A stretch of DNA of 64,000 bases from Candidatus Methanosuratincola verstraetei (lineage in GTDB: Archaea; Thermoproteota; Methanomethylicia; Methanomethylicales; Methanomethylicaceae). The notes below the pieces were generated by a model that was not told the DNA's origin, ran no database searches, and was given only the letters and a program-made list of their open reading frames with translations. Both the position numbers and the translations under genes were made by a program. The stretch is from positions 896,185 through 960,184 of the forward strand of contig CP186953.1 of the NCBI GenBank assembly GCA_049570475.1, written 5' to 3'. Position 1 is the first letter of the stretch; every line of letters begins with the position of its first letter. Below are positions 54,148 to 63,342 of the stretch, piece by piece.

Positions 54148-54477
54148 CTATTCATATTCGCGCCATGTCGTCCCGCACTTCGTGCAACGGTAGAATCGCG
54201 TGGAAGGTTCGTCTGCGCTCCTAGTCTGCATCATCCAGTAGTAAGCCTCCATGTTGCCGCACTTCTTGCACTCTGCCTTTGTTACTGGGAGCGTCCTCTC
54301 CTTGCTAGGGTCACTGTCCTTCACGATGACCGTTTCGCTCTTCCTCTCCAGAACCTCGACGAACCTCTGAGCACTCTCTACGCCGATGCTCTTCTCGAAC
54401 TTGCACTTCCTGCAGACGAGTACCTTCCTCTTCCTGTCCTCAAGAAGTATGCAGTTGCAGTTAGGGCAGAACTCCAA
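54148..54477 (-). CDS. tfs: transcription factor S (TFS / RpoM-like)
   Basis: N-terminal Zn ribbon MEFCPNCNC ... CRKC and a C-terminal ribbon CKKCG ... QTRSADEPSTRFYRCTKCG with the acidic loop. Confidence 0.92.
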   Translation of the reverse strand: MEFCPNCNCILLEDRKRKVLVCRKCKFEKSIGVESAQRFVEVLERKSETVIVKDSDPSKERTLPVTKAECKKCGNMEAYYWMMQTRSADEPSTRFYRCTKCGTTWREYE

Positions 54478-54694
54478 CGTTAACCCCTAGCGAAAATCCA
54501 CCACTCTTGATTTAACCCTTTCGGCAGGAAGCCCCAATTTGTTCCGATCTGGAATTAAATATGATTTCCACCGGCTGCGGGGCCCTTCCTTTTTTCAAAC
54601 TGAATGATCTTCACTCCAGGGAATTTTGGTGAGGCGTTATATTTCAATCAAGTCATTGCGCTCCAGGCTAGGGCAGCCCGATGCTCTAGGACGG

Positions 54695-55051
54695 TCATTC
54701 CTCTTCAGGCCTGATCTTACTCCTCTGGTACTCTTTCAGCCCTTCAATGATCACCGAAGCCTGCCTCATGTTCCTCGCCGGTAGTTGCTCTCTGAGGATC
54801 CCGCGCCCTGCGAGCCAATCCTCGAGATCGGAGGCGCCTTGCAGAGCAAGGAGGCCTTCGCCTGCCGCGAATGATTTTATCTCCTCGATGTACCCCGATC
54901 TTCGAAGCCATTCGATGAGTTCCCATGCCGTTTTGGCTTCGCAGGAGGCGATTGTGTCTATCCACCCTCCCCTGAATATGATGATAATGGCTCTTCCCAT
55001 GCCTGGGATTGCGTCTATGTACGCAATCCTGGCCTCCCTCTTTGCCACCAC
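54695..55051 (-). CDS. hypothetical protein (118 aa) coupled to the RNase III-like gene
   Basis: The ATG abuts the upstream stop. Normal composition, no family recognised. Confidence 0.5.
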   Translation of the reverse strand: MVAKREARIAYIDAIPGMGRAIIIIFRGGWIDTIASCEAKTAWELIEWLRRSGYIEEIKSFAAGEGLLALQGASDLEDWLAGRGILREQLPARNMRQASVIIEGLKEYQRSKIRPEEE

Positions 55052-55609
55052 TCATGCCCCCGTGCCTGGTCCGCAGATCCTACTCATAGCCGTCAGGAAC
55101 AGCACCGCGAATGCCTTGGCTGCCGCCTCTTCCTCCTCCTTCCTGCTCTCGCACTTCATTCCCCTCAGTCCCGACTCAACCACGCCCACCGCCTCTTCAA
55201 GTGTAAGGAGATCATTTGTCCATGCATATGCGAGTGCCCCCTCGACAATGTCCCCACGCTCTCCATGGTTGAGCCTGGATGGGACCTTTACCCCCGACAT
55301 TGAAAGGGATCTCGACAGGATCTTGTCTGGCACTTTGCCTCCAAACGGTCTTCCTGAAGATCTGGACTTGGCGGACGAGTAAACGAGGTTCACGAACGCG
55401 TCCCCGAGCCTCGAGAACCCCTTGTCCTTCGATAGCGCTAGAATCGTCTCATACACATCACTAGTCGGGGCATCCAAGATCTTCACCGCTGGGCGAATAA
55501 TCCCTTTGCTCCAAAAATATCTTATGTTCAAGCAAAGCAAAAACAGCAGGACAGCCGCTCGGCGGAACAATCCCTGAGCAGTTGTTTGCCTGCCCTGTTT
55601 GGCTCTCAC
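55052..55609 (-). CDS. RNase III-domain-like protein (start uncertain)
   Basis: FSRLGDAFVNLVYS resembles the RNase III signature E-x-L-E-x-LGD-x-x-L. GERGDIVEGALAYAW resembles the D-x-x-E-A-x-x-GA motif. An alternative GTG start lies at 55486. Confidence 0.4.
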   Translation of the reverse strand: MRAKQGRQTTAQGLFRRAAVLLFLLCLNIRYFWSKGIIRPAVKILDAPTSDVYETILALSKDKGFSRLGDAFVNLVYSSAKSRSSGRPFGGKVPDKILSRSLSMSGVKVPSRLNHGERGDIVEGALAYAWTNDLLTLEEAVGVVESGLRGMKCESRKEEEEAAAKAFAVLFLTAMSRICGPGTGA

Positions 55610-55885
55610 TCACGTGCTTGACTTAACCTTCTCTTTGAACTCCTCGACTTCCTTCCCCATCCTGCTCAGGGCCTCCGCGACCGCCGCCCGCGGCGCTAAG
55701 CCTTCTTCCGTCACCACTACAACCCTTATGCCGCCAGTCAGCGGGTGGATTATGTCGTATCCGGCCTGCTTAACGCCCTTAATCGATATCAGGGTCGCCC
55801 TGAGGTAGTTTCCAAGCGTGTGGTCCTCCCCGGGTATCTCGAGCTCTAGCCTGTTCTTCCCTTCGCTTATGACTTTGACCTCCAT
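55610..55885 (-). CDS. rpoL: DNA-directed RNA polymerase subunit L (Rpo11)
   Basis: LELEIPGEDHTLGNYLR ... GYDIIHPL. Confidence 0.88.
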   Translation of the reverse strand: MEVKVISEGKNRLELEIPGEDHTLGNYLRATLISIKGVKQAGYDIIHPLTGGIRVVVVTEEGLAPRAAVAEALSRMGKEVEEFKEKVKSST

Positions 55886-55892
55886 AATGAAT

Positions 55893-56447
55893 CTACTCCT
55901 TCAGAAGGTATAGCCTGGATATCTTCTTCTTCTCCGATATATTGTCATTGGTGCAGTAAAGCTTCCCCTTCTTAAGCACGAGGTCCCCGCCGCACTTCGT
56001 GCAGGTGGCGTATATCACTCCCAGATCGTCATCGACTGTCGATAGCTGGTAGGGTGCCCATCCAGTCGTGACCTTCGCAAGGATCCTGTCGTTCAGGTTC
56101 ACGGCGTCGAATATGCTTTTGGTGTAATCCTTCGAAACCTGCGAAATGTGCAGCTGCGCTGAGAAGTCCCCCGTCAGGGGCCTCTTCCCCTTTATCTCCA
56201 CGATCTTCACTAGCGCGACGTCCTCTTTCATGCCCACCACGATGCCCTCGACCACGTCGCCGACTTCGGGCACCGCGGGCTTCTTGCTAGGGGCCACTCC
56301 TACACTCCTGTTCTTTGGGTCAATTTCAAGCTCCCCTGCCATGCTGGAGAAGATCTTTCCGTCTTCCTCATAAGTGCCGCTCCCCGGAATGTACTCCTCT
56401 ATTACCCCTAGTTTCTCCCCGGGTGAGACTATCTTTGTTTTTGACAT
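55893..56447 (-). CDS. csl4: exosome complex RNA-binding protein Csl4
   Basis: N-terminal domain PGEKLGVIEEYIPGSGTY, an S1 domain, and a C-terminal Zn ribbon CTKCGG ... YCTN. Confidence 0.85.
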   Translation of the reverse strand: MSKTKIVSPGEKLGVIEEYIPGSGTYEEDGKIFSSMAGELEIDPKNRSVGVAPSKKPAVPEVGDVVEGIVVGMKEDVALVKIVEIKGKRPLTGDFSAQLHISQVSKDYTKSIFDAVNLNDRILAKVTTGWAPYQLSTVDDDLGVIYATCTKCGGDLVLKKGKLYCTNDNISEKKKISRLYLLKE

Positions 56448-56449
56448 GT

Positions 56450-57109
56450 CTACCTGCCCCTCACGATCCTGAATAGATAAGCCTCAAAGGCATATGATCT
56501 CTTTTTATGGAAGTGATAGGTCGGCGAGAGTTTTATCTTTAACGGAAGCATCTCGTCGATGCGCCCGCCGCACTCCGCTACGAACGTTGACACAAACCCC
56601 ATCACCGCCTCTCCACCCTTGTGTATCGAGTATACCCTGGGGGCGATCTCAAGGCTCTTTCGTATGAAGGCCCTGTCCGCCCCCTTTACCCTGACTCCGA
56701 ATGGGGGGTTCTGGACAACCACATCAGCATCAAGCTCGAGTCTGCTCACCTCTGAGTTGATAAAGTCAACGGATGAAGCCACAGAGAGCATCTGACATGT
56801 TTCCCTTGCCTTGATGATAGATCCGATGTCGATGTCGACCCCTACGACATACTCCGCCCCCATCAGCGCGACCCCCGCGGTGAGCATCCCTGTCCCGCAC
56901 CCGAGATCTACGATCCGCTTCCCTCGGATGTCCTGGTGCCTCATCTCGATGTACCATATGACCTCAGCGGCGAGCTGTGCTGGGAGTCTGTACTGCTCGT
57001 AGGCAATATTCGGCCCCTCGAACTCTCTGACCGTTTCGAGAAGGATCTCTAGCTCTCTCTTTGACCTGGGGGGGCTTCGCCCTTCAAGCCCGCTGCATGA
57101 AGGCTCCAT
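56450..57109 (-). CDS. METTL5-like N6-adenine RNA methyltransferase
   Basis: KRELEILLE ... YEQYRLPAQLAAE ... VDLGCGTGML ... VVQNPPFG. Confidence 0.75.
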   Translation of the reverse strand: MEPSCSGLEGRSPPRSKRELEILLETVREFEGPNIAYEQYRLPAQLAAEVIWYIEMRHQDIRGKRIVDLGCGTGMLTAGVALMGAEYVVGVDIDIGSIIKARETCQMLSVASSVDFINSEVSRLELDADVVVQNPPFGVRVKGADRAFIRKSLEIAPRVYSIHKGGEAVMGFVSTFVAECGGRIDEMLPLKIKLSPTYHFHKKRSYAFEAYLFRIVRGR

Positions 57110-57125
57110 TACGATCCTCCAACCA

Positions 57126-58091
57126 TTATCTGTTGCCGGGCTTAATGATCTCGAGCATCTTCCACGCCTCAGCCTCGTTCAGGACTGGTCTGTTAGGATC
57201 CTGGTATGCGTCCGTTGCGATTCTCGGGCATCCAGTTACGATGAACGCCTCAATGAATGGGAATGACGCAAACCTCTCGGGACTGACTTCATCGCCGACC
57301 AGCTGATATGCCTCCCTGCCTGCCGCCCTGATCCCCGCAGCAATCTTTTCTGCAGATTTTATGCTGAACTGCCCTGGCTTGGTCACCACAATGACCCCAA
57401 AACGCTTGGACTTGGCAGCTTCCATTATCGCCCACCACCGCTGCGAAAGAGTCTTCTTCACCATCTCAACGGTGCCCCTAACCTCGTTCCTGTATGGATC
57501 CGCGATGAAAACCTCTTTCTCGACGTCCATTGCGACCCCAAGGGGGTGGAATTCGCCTCCGCCTATGAAGAGGAAAGCGTCTACCTCGCCTTCAATCCTC
57601 TTGGCGCCGCCAGTGCGGCATCCAAGAACAAGACCGGCTGTCTGCCTGTCGACAACGGGCATAATCCCAGCGGCCTCCAGCGCCCTGACGAACTCCCCAA
57701 CATGCACTACGTGCTGGAGATTAGCAAGGACCCCTACCTTCGTGAACCCCCTCTTCTTCAATTCAGATGCAGCCAGGCTGGCGAGGTCTTTGACATCAAC
57801 CATGTGGGGGGCTGGAAGGTAAATTGTTTGGACCTTTTCTGCCCCCTCGATGAACTTTTCATGCCCTATGTGGATCACCATATCTGCCCCGATCATCGCA
57901 GCCTTGTCGTCCTCCAGATCGCAGCCCCCATAGCAGGGGTTTATCGAGACATAGACTTCGCAGACCTTTGAAAGCCTGGAGACGAAGTCTGCGAGGAACT
58001 GCTTTAGCCCATCGGGGGCCTGCACAAAAACTTTCTTTGCCCTCCTCCTCTCCACCTCCCCGACTGCCCTCTCGATTTCAAAATCGTACAC
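57126..58091 (-). CDS. dph2: 2-(3-amino-3-carboxypropyl)histidine synthase Dph2 (diphthamide biosynthesis)
   Basis: VFVQAPDGLK ... CYGGCD ... VVTKPGQ ... FIVTGCPRIA. Confidence 0.88.
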   Translation of the reverse strand: MYDFEIERAVGEVERRRAKKVFVQAPDGLKQFLADFVSRLSKVCEVYVSINPCYGGCDLEDDKAAMIGADMVIHIGHEKFIEGAEKVQTIYLPAPHMVDVKDLASLAASELKKRGFTKVGVLANLQHVVHVGEFVRALEAAGIMPVVDRQTAGLVLGCRTGGAKRIEGEVDAFLFIGGGEFHPLGVAMDVEKEVFIADPYRNEVRGTVEMVKKTLSQRWWAIMEAAKSKRFGVIVVTKPGQFSIKSAEKIAAGIRAAGREAYQLVGDEVSPERFASFPFIEAFIVTGCPRIATDAYQDPNRPVLNEAEAWKMLEIIKPGNR

Positions 58092-58163
58092 TCTTTCACC
58101 CTCAAAAAACAGGGGCTGGCAAACGGGGCTGAAGACCAGATAATGTGGGCGTTCTTATGCCCT

Positions 58164-58664
58164 TCAGCTCACTTCTATTACCCTGCAGGGCATTGGCATC
58201 TTCGCACAGGCTAGCTTCAGCGCTTGCTTTGCCACGTCCTTCTTGTCCGGAGCGACCCTGACGTCCATTATGGGCTGCATAGCCCTGAACCTGGCGGCTG
58301 TGCCGGCCGGTTTCCCAAACGACCTCCTCATACCGTCCTGGAGCCTGTCCGCCCCTGCGAATGCCATCATCTTGTTTTCCCTGAGCACCTGGTGCGGGTA
58401 AGCCCTGACCTTCAAGTGGAAGCCCTTTTCTCCGAGGATGGTCTGCAGGTGCTTCGTCGCGATCACCCTCGCCGCCTCAAGCGCATTGTGCCTTATCTGT
58501 CCCGCCTCCAGCGGGATCAGCCTGACGAGCGCTTGGAAGTCTCCGTTCGGGTCACCGTAGTCGAACTTGGTGATCTTCGACCCAGGGACACCCCTGATGT
58601 ACTCCTTTCTGGTGTAAGCCGGCGTATCGAAATACCGGTAGCAGTGTGCCGGTCTCTCTGGCAT
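58164..58664 (-). CDS. rpl10e: ribosomal protein L10e (uL16)
   Basis: RPAHCYRYFDTPAYTRKEYIRGVPGSKI ... MMAFAGADRLQDGMR. Confidence 0.92.
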   Translation of the reverse strand: MPERPAHCYRYFDTPAYTRKEYIRGVPGSKITKFDYGDPNGDFQALVRLIPLEAGQIRHNALEAARVIATKHLQTILGEKGFHLKVRAYPHQVLRENKMMAFAGADRLQDGMRRSFGKPAGTAARFRAMQPIMDVRVAPDKKDVAKQALKLACAKMPMPCRVIEVS

Positions 58665-58738
58665 GATTATTCCTCCGAATGCTTCCAGATGGAAGTGAAA
58701 TCCTTAGTATTTTAGCTTTTCCATGCTCTCGGAGAGCC

Positions 58739-59314
58739 TTATTCCTTCCGGATCATCCTTATCACCACAAGGCTCTCGAATTCGAAATCCCTGCGCCCTA
58801 CTACCTGGGCATCAAGCCCTTCCGACTCCGCCCTCTCGATGCTCTCATGTATCCCATTGAGGCTGGACTGTAGCATGTATGCCCTCCCGCCCGGGCTCAG
58901 GAAATCGCCGACCTCTGAGATGAACCTGTCTATGATCAGCCTGCCTGAAGCCCCCCCGCTCCAGGCTAGATCAGCCGGGGCCCCGTCCCCATCTGGCAGG
59001 TAAGGCGGGTTCATTAATATCAGGTCGAACTCGCCATGGAGGGGCGAGAAGAGATCGCCGACGACCACATGCGCCGTCATGCCATTCTCCCTGTAGTTCA
59101 GGAGGGTATTCATCGCGGCCGCCGGGTTCAGGTCAACCGCGACCATTTCACCTACGCGGCTGGCTATACTCAGACCTACAGCGCCGGTTCCGGAGCAGAG
59201 CTCTAGCCCTCTCGCTGCCCTCTCTCCGCTCACCGCATCCATCAACAAGAATGTGTCCTCCGAAGGAGGGTACACCCCGTCAAAGACCCGTATCTCGAGC
59301 CCCCTTATCCTCAA
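58739..59314 (-). CDS. HemK-related / Mtq2-like glutamine N5-methyltransferase
   Basis: VYPPSEDTFLL, LELCSGTGAVG, ILMNPPYLP. Confidence 0.75.
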   Translation of the reverse strand: MRIRGLEIRVFDGVYPPSEDTFLLMDAVSGERAARGLELCSGTGAVGLSIASRVGEMVAVDLNPAAAMNTLLNYRENGMTAHVVVGDLFSPLHGEFDLILMNPPYLPDGDGAPADLAWSGGASGRLIIDRFISEVGDFLSPGGRAYMLQSSLNGIHESIERAESEGLDAQVVGRRDFEFESLVVIRMIRKE

Positions 59315-60146
59315 TGCCTCCCGCCCCCAACCTCGAAAACGCTCTGCTTATCTCCAAGAAATCGCCTGGGCTGAGCTCGAAGACCCTTTTCTCTATCATC
59401 CCCACTCCAATCATGGCTTCAAGCAATGCCCTGTCCATGCCCCTCGACTTGGAGAATGTCTCAAGGGCTTTTCTAAGGGTCCTCCTCCTTTGGGAGAAGA
59501 GGAATTTGAGCGTCGCGTCGAGCGCCTTCCACTCTGCCAAATTTGGCGCCTTTGTCTTTTTTATAGTCACCACTGTGCTATTTACGCTCGGGGCGGGGTA
59601 GAACGACTCCGGAGGGAAATCTGCTACTGCCTTTACCTCGGCTAATAGCGATACGGCTACACTCAGCCTCGAGTAATCAGGGTCAGAAGGTTTTGCCCGA
59701 AGTCTGTCTGCAACCTCCTTTTGGAAGGTGAATGCCCCGAGCCTGAATCCCCTATCCGAGAGCAGCTTGAAAGTTATCGGCGTTGATATCGAGTAGGGGA
59801 GGTTTGAGACGACCTTGTCGACCTCGGGCAAATCGATCCGCAGGATATCTGCCTGGATGACCTCTACATTTGATCCAGAGAACTTTTCTGACAGATACCT
59901 GGCGGAAGCCGGATCGCTCTCTACAGCTATGACTTTCCTTGCCCTCTTGCTTATCTCCTCTGTCAGCGTCCCTATCCCAGGCCCGATCTCGAGCACGGTC
60001 TCGTTCCCGGAGATCGCTGCAGAATCCAATAGGCACTTGATCAGTGCAGGATCAACGACATAGTTCTGTCCATGGGATTTGCTTGGCCTTATGCCAGCCT
60101 CCTCCAACGCCCTCTTTGTGAGCGCGAGGAGCGAACGGTCGGTCAA
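59280..60146 (-). CDS. ksgA: 16S rRNA dimethyladenosine transferase KsgA/Dim1
   Basis: HGQNYVVD, VLEIGPGIGTLT, SNLPYSIS. The probable TTG start at 60146 lies 2 nt after the DUF655 stop. The longer ORF to 60323 overlaps that gene. Confidence 0.85.
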   Translation of the reverse strand: MTDRSLLALTKRALEEAGIRPSKSHGQNYVVDPALIKCLLDSAAISGNETVLEIGPGIGTLTEEISKRARKVIAVESDPASARYLSEKFSGSNVEVIQADILRIDLPEVDKVVSNLPYSISTPITFKLLSDRGFRLGAFTFQKEVADRLRAKPSDPDYSRLSVAVSLLAEVKAVADFPPESFYPAPSVNSTVVTIKKTKAPNLAEWKALDATLKFLFSQRRRTLRKALETFSKSRGMDRALLEAMIGVGMIEKRVFELSPGDFLEISRAFSRLGAGGIEDKGARDTGL

Positions 60147-60148
60147 GA

Positions 60149-60748
60149 TCAGAATTCCTTCCTCATAGGGGGCTTGGTGAAGATGTAGTACTTGTCTTCG
60201 TTCATAATCTCCTGCATTATCCTCTTCACAATCGTCTTCTTCGGATCCGGTATGCGCGTCCTGCTCTGGATGTCGTCGAAGCTCGCAAAGGGCCCCTTCT
60301 TCCTCTCCTCGAGGATCTGCCACATTGCCTTCTTGCCTATCCCGGGGAGGAGCTCCAGCGAGTGCATCCTTGTAGTCACAGGGCCGGCGTTGTTGAAGAA
60401 CGAGACGAACCTCTCCGCGTTTTTGGTCACGAGCTCCTCTATCACGCTCGGGAGCTCATCCTTTGCATTCTGGGTGAGCTCTTCATAATCGATCCTCCTC
60501 TTCACGTGGTCGATCTTGTCCCTGCCCCACTTACCTATCGCGATGAGCTCCCTGTGCTGGAACGATGCCCCTGGGACCGGGATCAGCTCGAGTAGCGTAA
60601 AGTACTCAGTCCCTACTGCTTGGACCAGCGGCTCCCTCCTGTACAGCGGCCTGGTGTCCCTAGGATGCCCATAGGGGAGGTGCTCCAAGACGACAGCGAA
60701 GTCTTCAAATTTTCTCGGCTGATCCCTCTGGCTGCTCATAAACCTCAC
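60149..60748 (-). CDS. DUF655-family HhH nucleic-acid-binding protein
   Basis: FEDFAVVLEHLPYGHP ... VTTRMHSLELLPGIGKKAMWQILEER. Conserved neighbour of ksgA in archaea. Confidence 0.75.
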   Translation of the reverse strand: MRFMSSQRDQPRKFEDFAVVLEHLPYGHPRDTRPLYRREPLVQAVGTEYFTLLELIPVPGASFQHRELIAIGKWGRDKIDHVKRRIDYEELTQNAKDELPSVIEELVTKNAERFVSFFNNAGPVTTRMHSLELLPGIGKKAMWQILEERKKGPFASFDDIQSRTRIPDPKKTIVKRIMQEIMNEDKYYIFTKPPMRKEF

Positions 60749-60798
60749 CGTTTAAGCGCTCTATTTACATTATTAAGTGCATTAAAATAGATATAGGC

Positions 60799-61128
60799 TT
60801 ACCTGAACATATTGATGATGCTCAGGATCTTCTCGAGCTCGGAGGGAAGGATAGGCCTGCTTTCTGCGGAAAATATCGTCCTAAGCTCCTCGACACTCGT
60901 AGGCAGGACGTTTACTATCTGCGTCGCGAGCGTTCCTGAGATGCCTTCCTCCTTCAGCCTGGACAGCAGGGCGTCCGCTTTCTCAGCATCGATCTTCGAG
61001 AACTTGGACGCATAGTCGTAGGTGATCTTCTGGAGGTGGCTCAGCTCCCCGTCCTTCTGGCGCTGCTCTAGCAGCATTTTGACCTTTGGGAGCGTAACCT
61101 CTTCTTCCTTGACAATCTCTCTGGGCAT
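60799..61128 (-). CDS. rpoF: DNA-directed RNA polymerase subunit F (Rpo4)
   Basis: LPKVKMLLEQRQKDGELSHLQKITYDYASKFSK ... IVNVLPTSVEELRTIF. Confidence 0.85.
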   Translation of the reverse strand: MPREIVKEEEVTLPKVKMLLEQRQKDGELSHLQKITYDYASKFSKIDAEKADALLSRLKEEGISGTLATQIVNVLPTSVEELRTIFSAESRPILPSELEKILSIINMFR

Positions 61129-61425
61129 TCACTGCCCCTCTATCGGCTTTATGTGCTCAGGTCTTGCGATGATAGTCTTCTCAAACCCGCCCATGTGGAC
61201 CCTGATGACGTATGCCCTGCCCCTCTTCTCGACCACAGTGCCGGTCCTCCCGTGGAACCTCCTGTGCGGCATCCCCTTTACCGTGGACGGGTCTATCTTG
61301 ATCGTGACCTTCTCGCCCTCAGCGTACTCCCTGAGTATCCTGTTGATTGGGGAGAGCCCCCTCTCTCTCGGACCCTTCTTAAGAAGGGTTCTGGTCCTGT
61401 TCCTGTAGCCAACCGAATGCCTCAT
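61129..61425 (-). CDS. rpl21e: ribosomal protein L21e
   Basis: SVGYRNRTRTLLKK ... VKGMPHRRFHGRTGTVV. Confidence 0.92.
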   Translation of the reverse strand: MRHSVGYRNRTRTLLKKGPRERGLSPINRILREYAEGEKVTIKIDPSTVKGMPHRRFHGRTGTVVEKRGRAYVIRVHMGGFEKTIIARPEHIKPIEGQ

Positions 61426-61427
61426 AT

Positions 61428-62750
61428 CTACACACCCTCGTTTACCGCAATCACGTCGAGCTCAGTGCATCTCGCCCCGCAGCCAAGGATCTCCGAGACG
61501 CTCGGGGTTGTCCTCCCCCCGTCCCCTGAGATGAGCTCCTTTACGTAGAGCCCGCCCTGGCAGCGGACAACAAGCTCAAGGTGCCTAGGGTCGATCATCT
61601 TGACCGACATCTCATAGACCTTCTTGAGCCTGAGCCTGTCAGCCCGGCGATGCAGCACTCTGTTCGGAGTAAATTGATTTATAACACATCCATTAAAGCT
61701 TTTCCCCAATGCCACTGCCCCTTCCTCAGTTATATCGCGATCCAGCTCAACGAGTGCCCTGTAGACCTTCTCTGCGACCTTGGCGCCCTCCTTGAGCTTC
61801 CTCACGGTTCTCCTGTCCGAGAGCCTGAGCCCCGCAACCTCCACCATCCCATTCCCCCCCTTGTTAATCTCGGCCTCGATAGCCTTCAGATCCAGCTCTC
61901 TAATCTTCGGCTCCCTTACCTCCACTACGAAGGGTCTCCCGGTCCCGCTCATTATCGCGTCCACGTCCTCCCTGCCCGCCCCGTGGAACTTGGTCTCCTT
62001 CCCCCCGGCTGCCTTGAGGATTGGTCCGCAGACTATCTCCTCGACAGATGTCGGATAGATCTTCCCGGTACCGTGGCAGATCTCGCAACCTTTCCCCCTG
62101 CAGTGTACGCAGTCCCACTTCGACTGGGGTATCCCCCTGGCGAGCTTCCTGTACCTGCCAAATACGAATAGGGGCATCGGGCTGACCTCTACCACAGGTC
62201 CGGGTATCCAGACCGTGACGACAACGTCGGGCTTAGCGAACTCAACTTCCCTGCCAGTTGCCTTCGAGACCAGTTTCCCGATCTCCCTGCTGGCCTCCAT
62301 TTTCATAGACTCCCCGAACTCGATTCCGAACTCCGACTTTACCTCATCCTCGCGCTCGGCAAGCTCCCCGGAAACCTTCACTCCGATGAGAAATGTCTTG
62401 TATTGGTACCCGTCCAGAGCCCTGACGACCTCCGCCGCGTACTCGCCCATCCTGTCCATTATCCCGCCGCATATGTAGCAGCCGTCCTTGGCAGTCTCAC
62501 CGACTAGGTTTGAGGCAGGGGTGTGGGCGCCTCTGACTGCAAGGTCCCTCAAGACCCCTTCTTGGGACTCCTCCCCCTTCTTGAGCCCCATGTGCGCCTC
62601 CATGGTGATCACCAATTTCAGTGCAAACCCCCTCTCCTTGTTCGTGATCCCCCTGCCCAGCCCGCCGAACTGCCTCCCCAAACAGCTGTCGCAGAGCGGG
62701 TACCTGTGGAGCATCGATCTTGCCTTCTCGATCAGTGACATAATCAACAC
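61428..62750 (-). CDS. pus10: tRNA pseudouridine(54/55) synthase Pus10
   Basis: N-terminal Zn module CDSCLGRQF ... CYICGG, a THUMP-like region, and the catalytic GAGREDVDAIM. Confidence 0.88.
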   Translation of the reverse strand: MLIMSLIEKARSMLHRYPLCDSCLGRQFGGLGRGITNKERGFALKLVITMEAHMGLKKGEESQEGVLRDLAVRGAHTPASNLVGETAKDGCYICGGIMDRMGEYAAEVVRALDGYQYKTFLIGVKVSGELAEREDEVKSEFGIEFGESMKMEASREIGKLVSKATGREVEFAKPDVVVTVWIPGPVVEVSPMPLFVFGRYRKLARGIPQSKWDCVHCRGKGCEICHGTGKIYPTSVEEIVCGPILKAAGGKETKFHGAGREDVDAIMSGTGRPFVVEVREPKIRELDLKAIEAEINKGGNGMVEVAGLRLSDRRTVRKLKEGAKVAEKVYRALVELDRDITEEGAVALGKSFNGCVINQFTPNRVLHRRADRLRLKKVYEMSVKMIDPRHLELVVRCQGGLYVKELISGDGGRTTPSVSEILGCGARCTELDVIAVNEGV

Positions 62751-62807
62751 CGGAGAACTCGTGAGTACCCTCCACTGGGAGATGGAATATAAACCTTGAT
62801 CCTTGCC

Positions 62808-63332
62808 TCAGGGCTGCGACCTGTCTATCGCATTGTTTACGATAACTGCGGCCTGATCCGCGGTCAACCTCCTCGCCCCGAGGCGGAGGGGATCGAACCC
62901 TGAACTCTTCAGCCAATCTGAAACTCCATGATCTATGCCCTTGCAACAGAAGACCACCGAGATGTCCGCCCCTATCCCGTGTGTGCTCCCCGGACCGTCA
63001 AAAAAGAATCTTCTACCTGGGAGCCTTGGCGCCAGATCTGCTATATCTGCCCTCTTTGCGCTCACGCCTTGTAGGACCCTGGGCTTCTTCCCCTCCTCTG
63101 CCCTCCTAAGCCCTGCCCTCAGAATCCCTGAGAGTGACTGCTCGTCGGGCCTAACATTCCTCATCGCCCACCCTTCAAAACTGACCAGTACCTCGTCATC
63201 AAACAGGACTGCGGCCCAGACATCCTTCCTAGTCCCGTGCGATAAAAGTAGAGATCCTGCGATGAACCTCGTCAGAAGCCCTCTGTTGGAAGCGAGGTCC
63301 GTCTTTCTTGCTAGAAGTATGAAACTCCGCAA
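62808..63332 (-). CDS. trmY: tRNA (pseudouridine54-N1)-methyltransferase TrmY (SPOUT, DUF358)
   Basis: RSFILLARK ... VRPDEQSLSGILRAGL ... LTADQAAVIVNNAIDR. Lies next to pus10. The probable TTG start at 63332 follows the srp54 stop; the ORF is open to 63413. Confidence 0.65.
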   Translation of the reverse strand: MRSFILLARKTDLASNRGLLTRFIAGSLLLSHGTRKDVWAAVLFDDEVLVSFEGWAMRNVRPDEQSLSGILRAGLRRAEEGKKPRVLQGVSAKRADIADLAPRLPGRRFFFDGPGSTHGIGADISVVFCCKGIDHGVSDWLKSSGFDPLRLGARRLTADQAAVIVNNAIDRSQP

Positions 63333-63342
63333 GACGATGCCC

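Noticed and set aside
54747-55382. 211-aa plus-strand ORF covering both unknown genes between tfs and rpoL
   Set aside because: Its Ser/Pro/Ala-rich low-complexity translation spans the junction of the two minus-strand ORFs. The minus-strand products have balanced composition and RNase III-like motifs and fit the co-oriented gene string. The minus strand is preferred.
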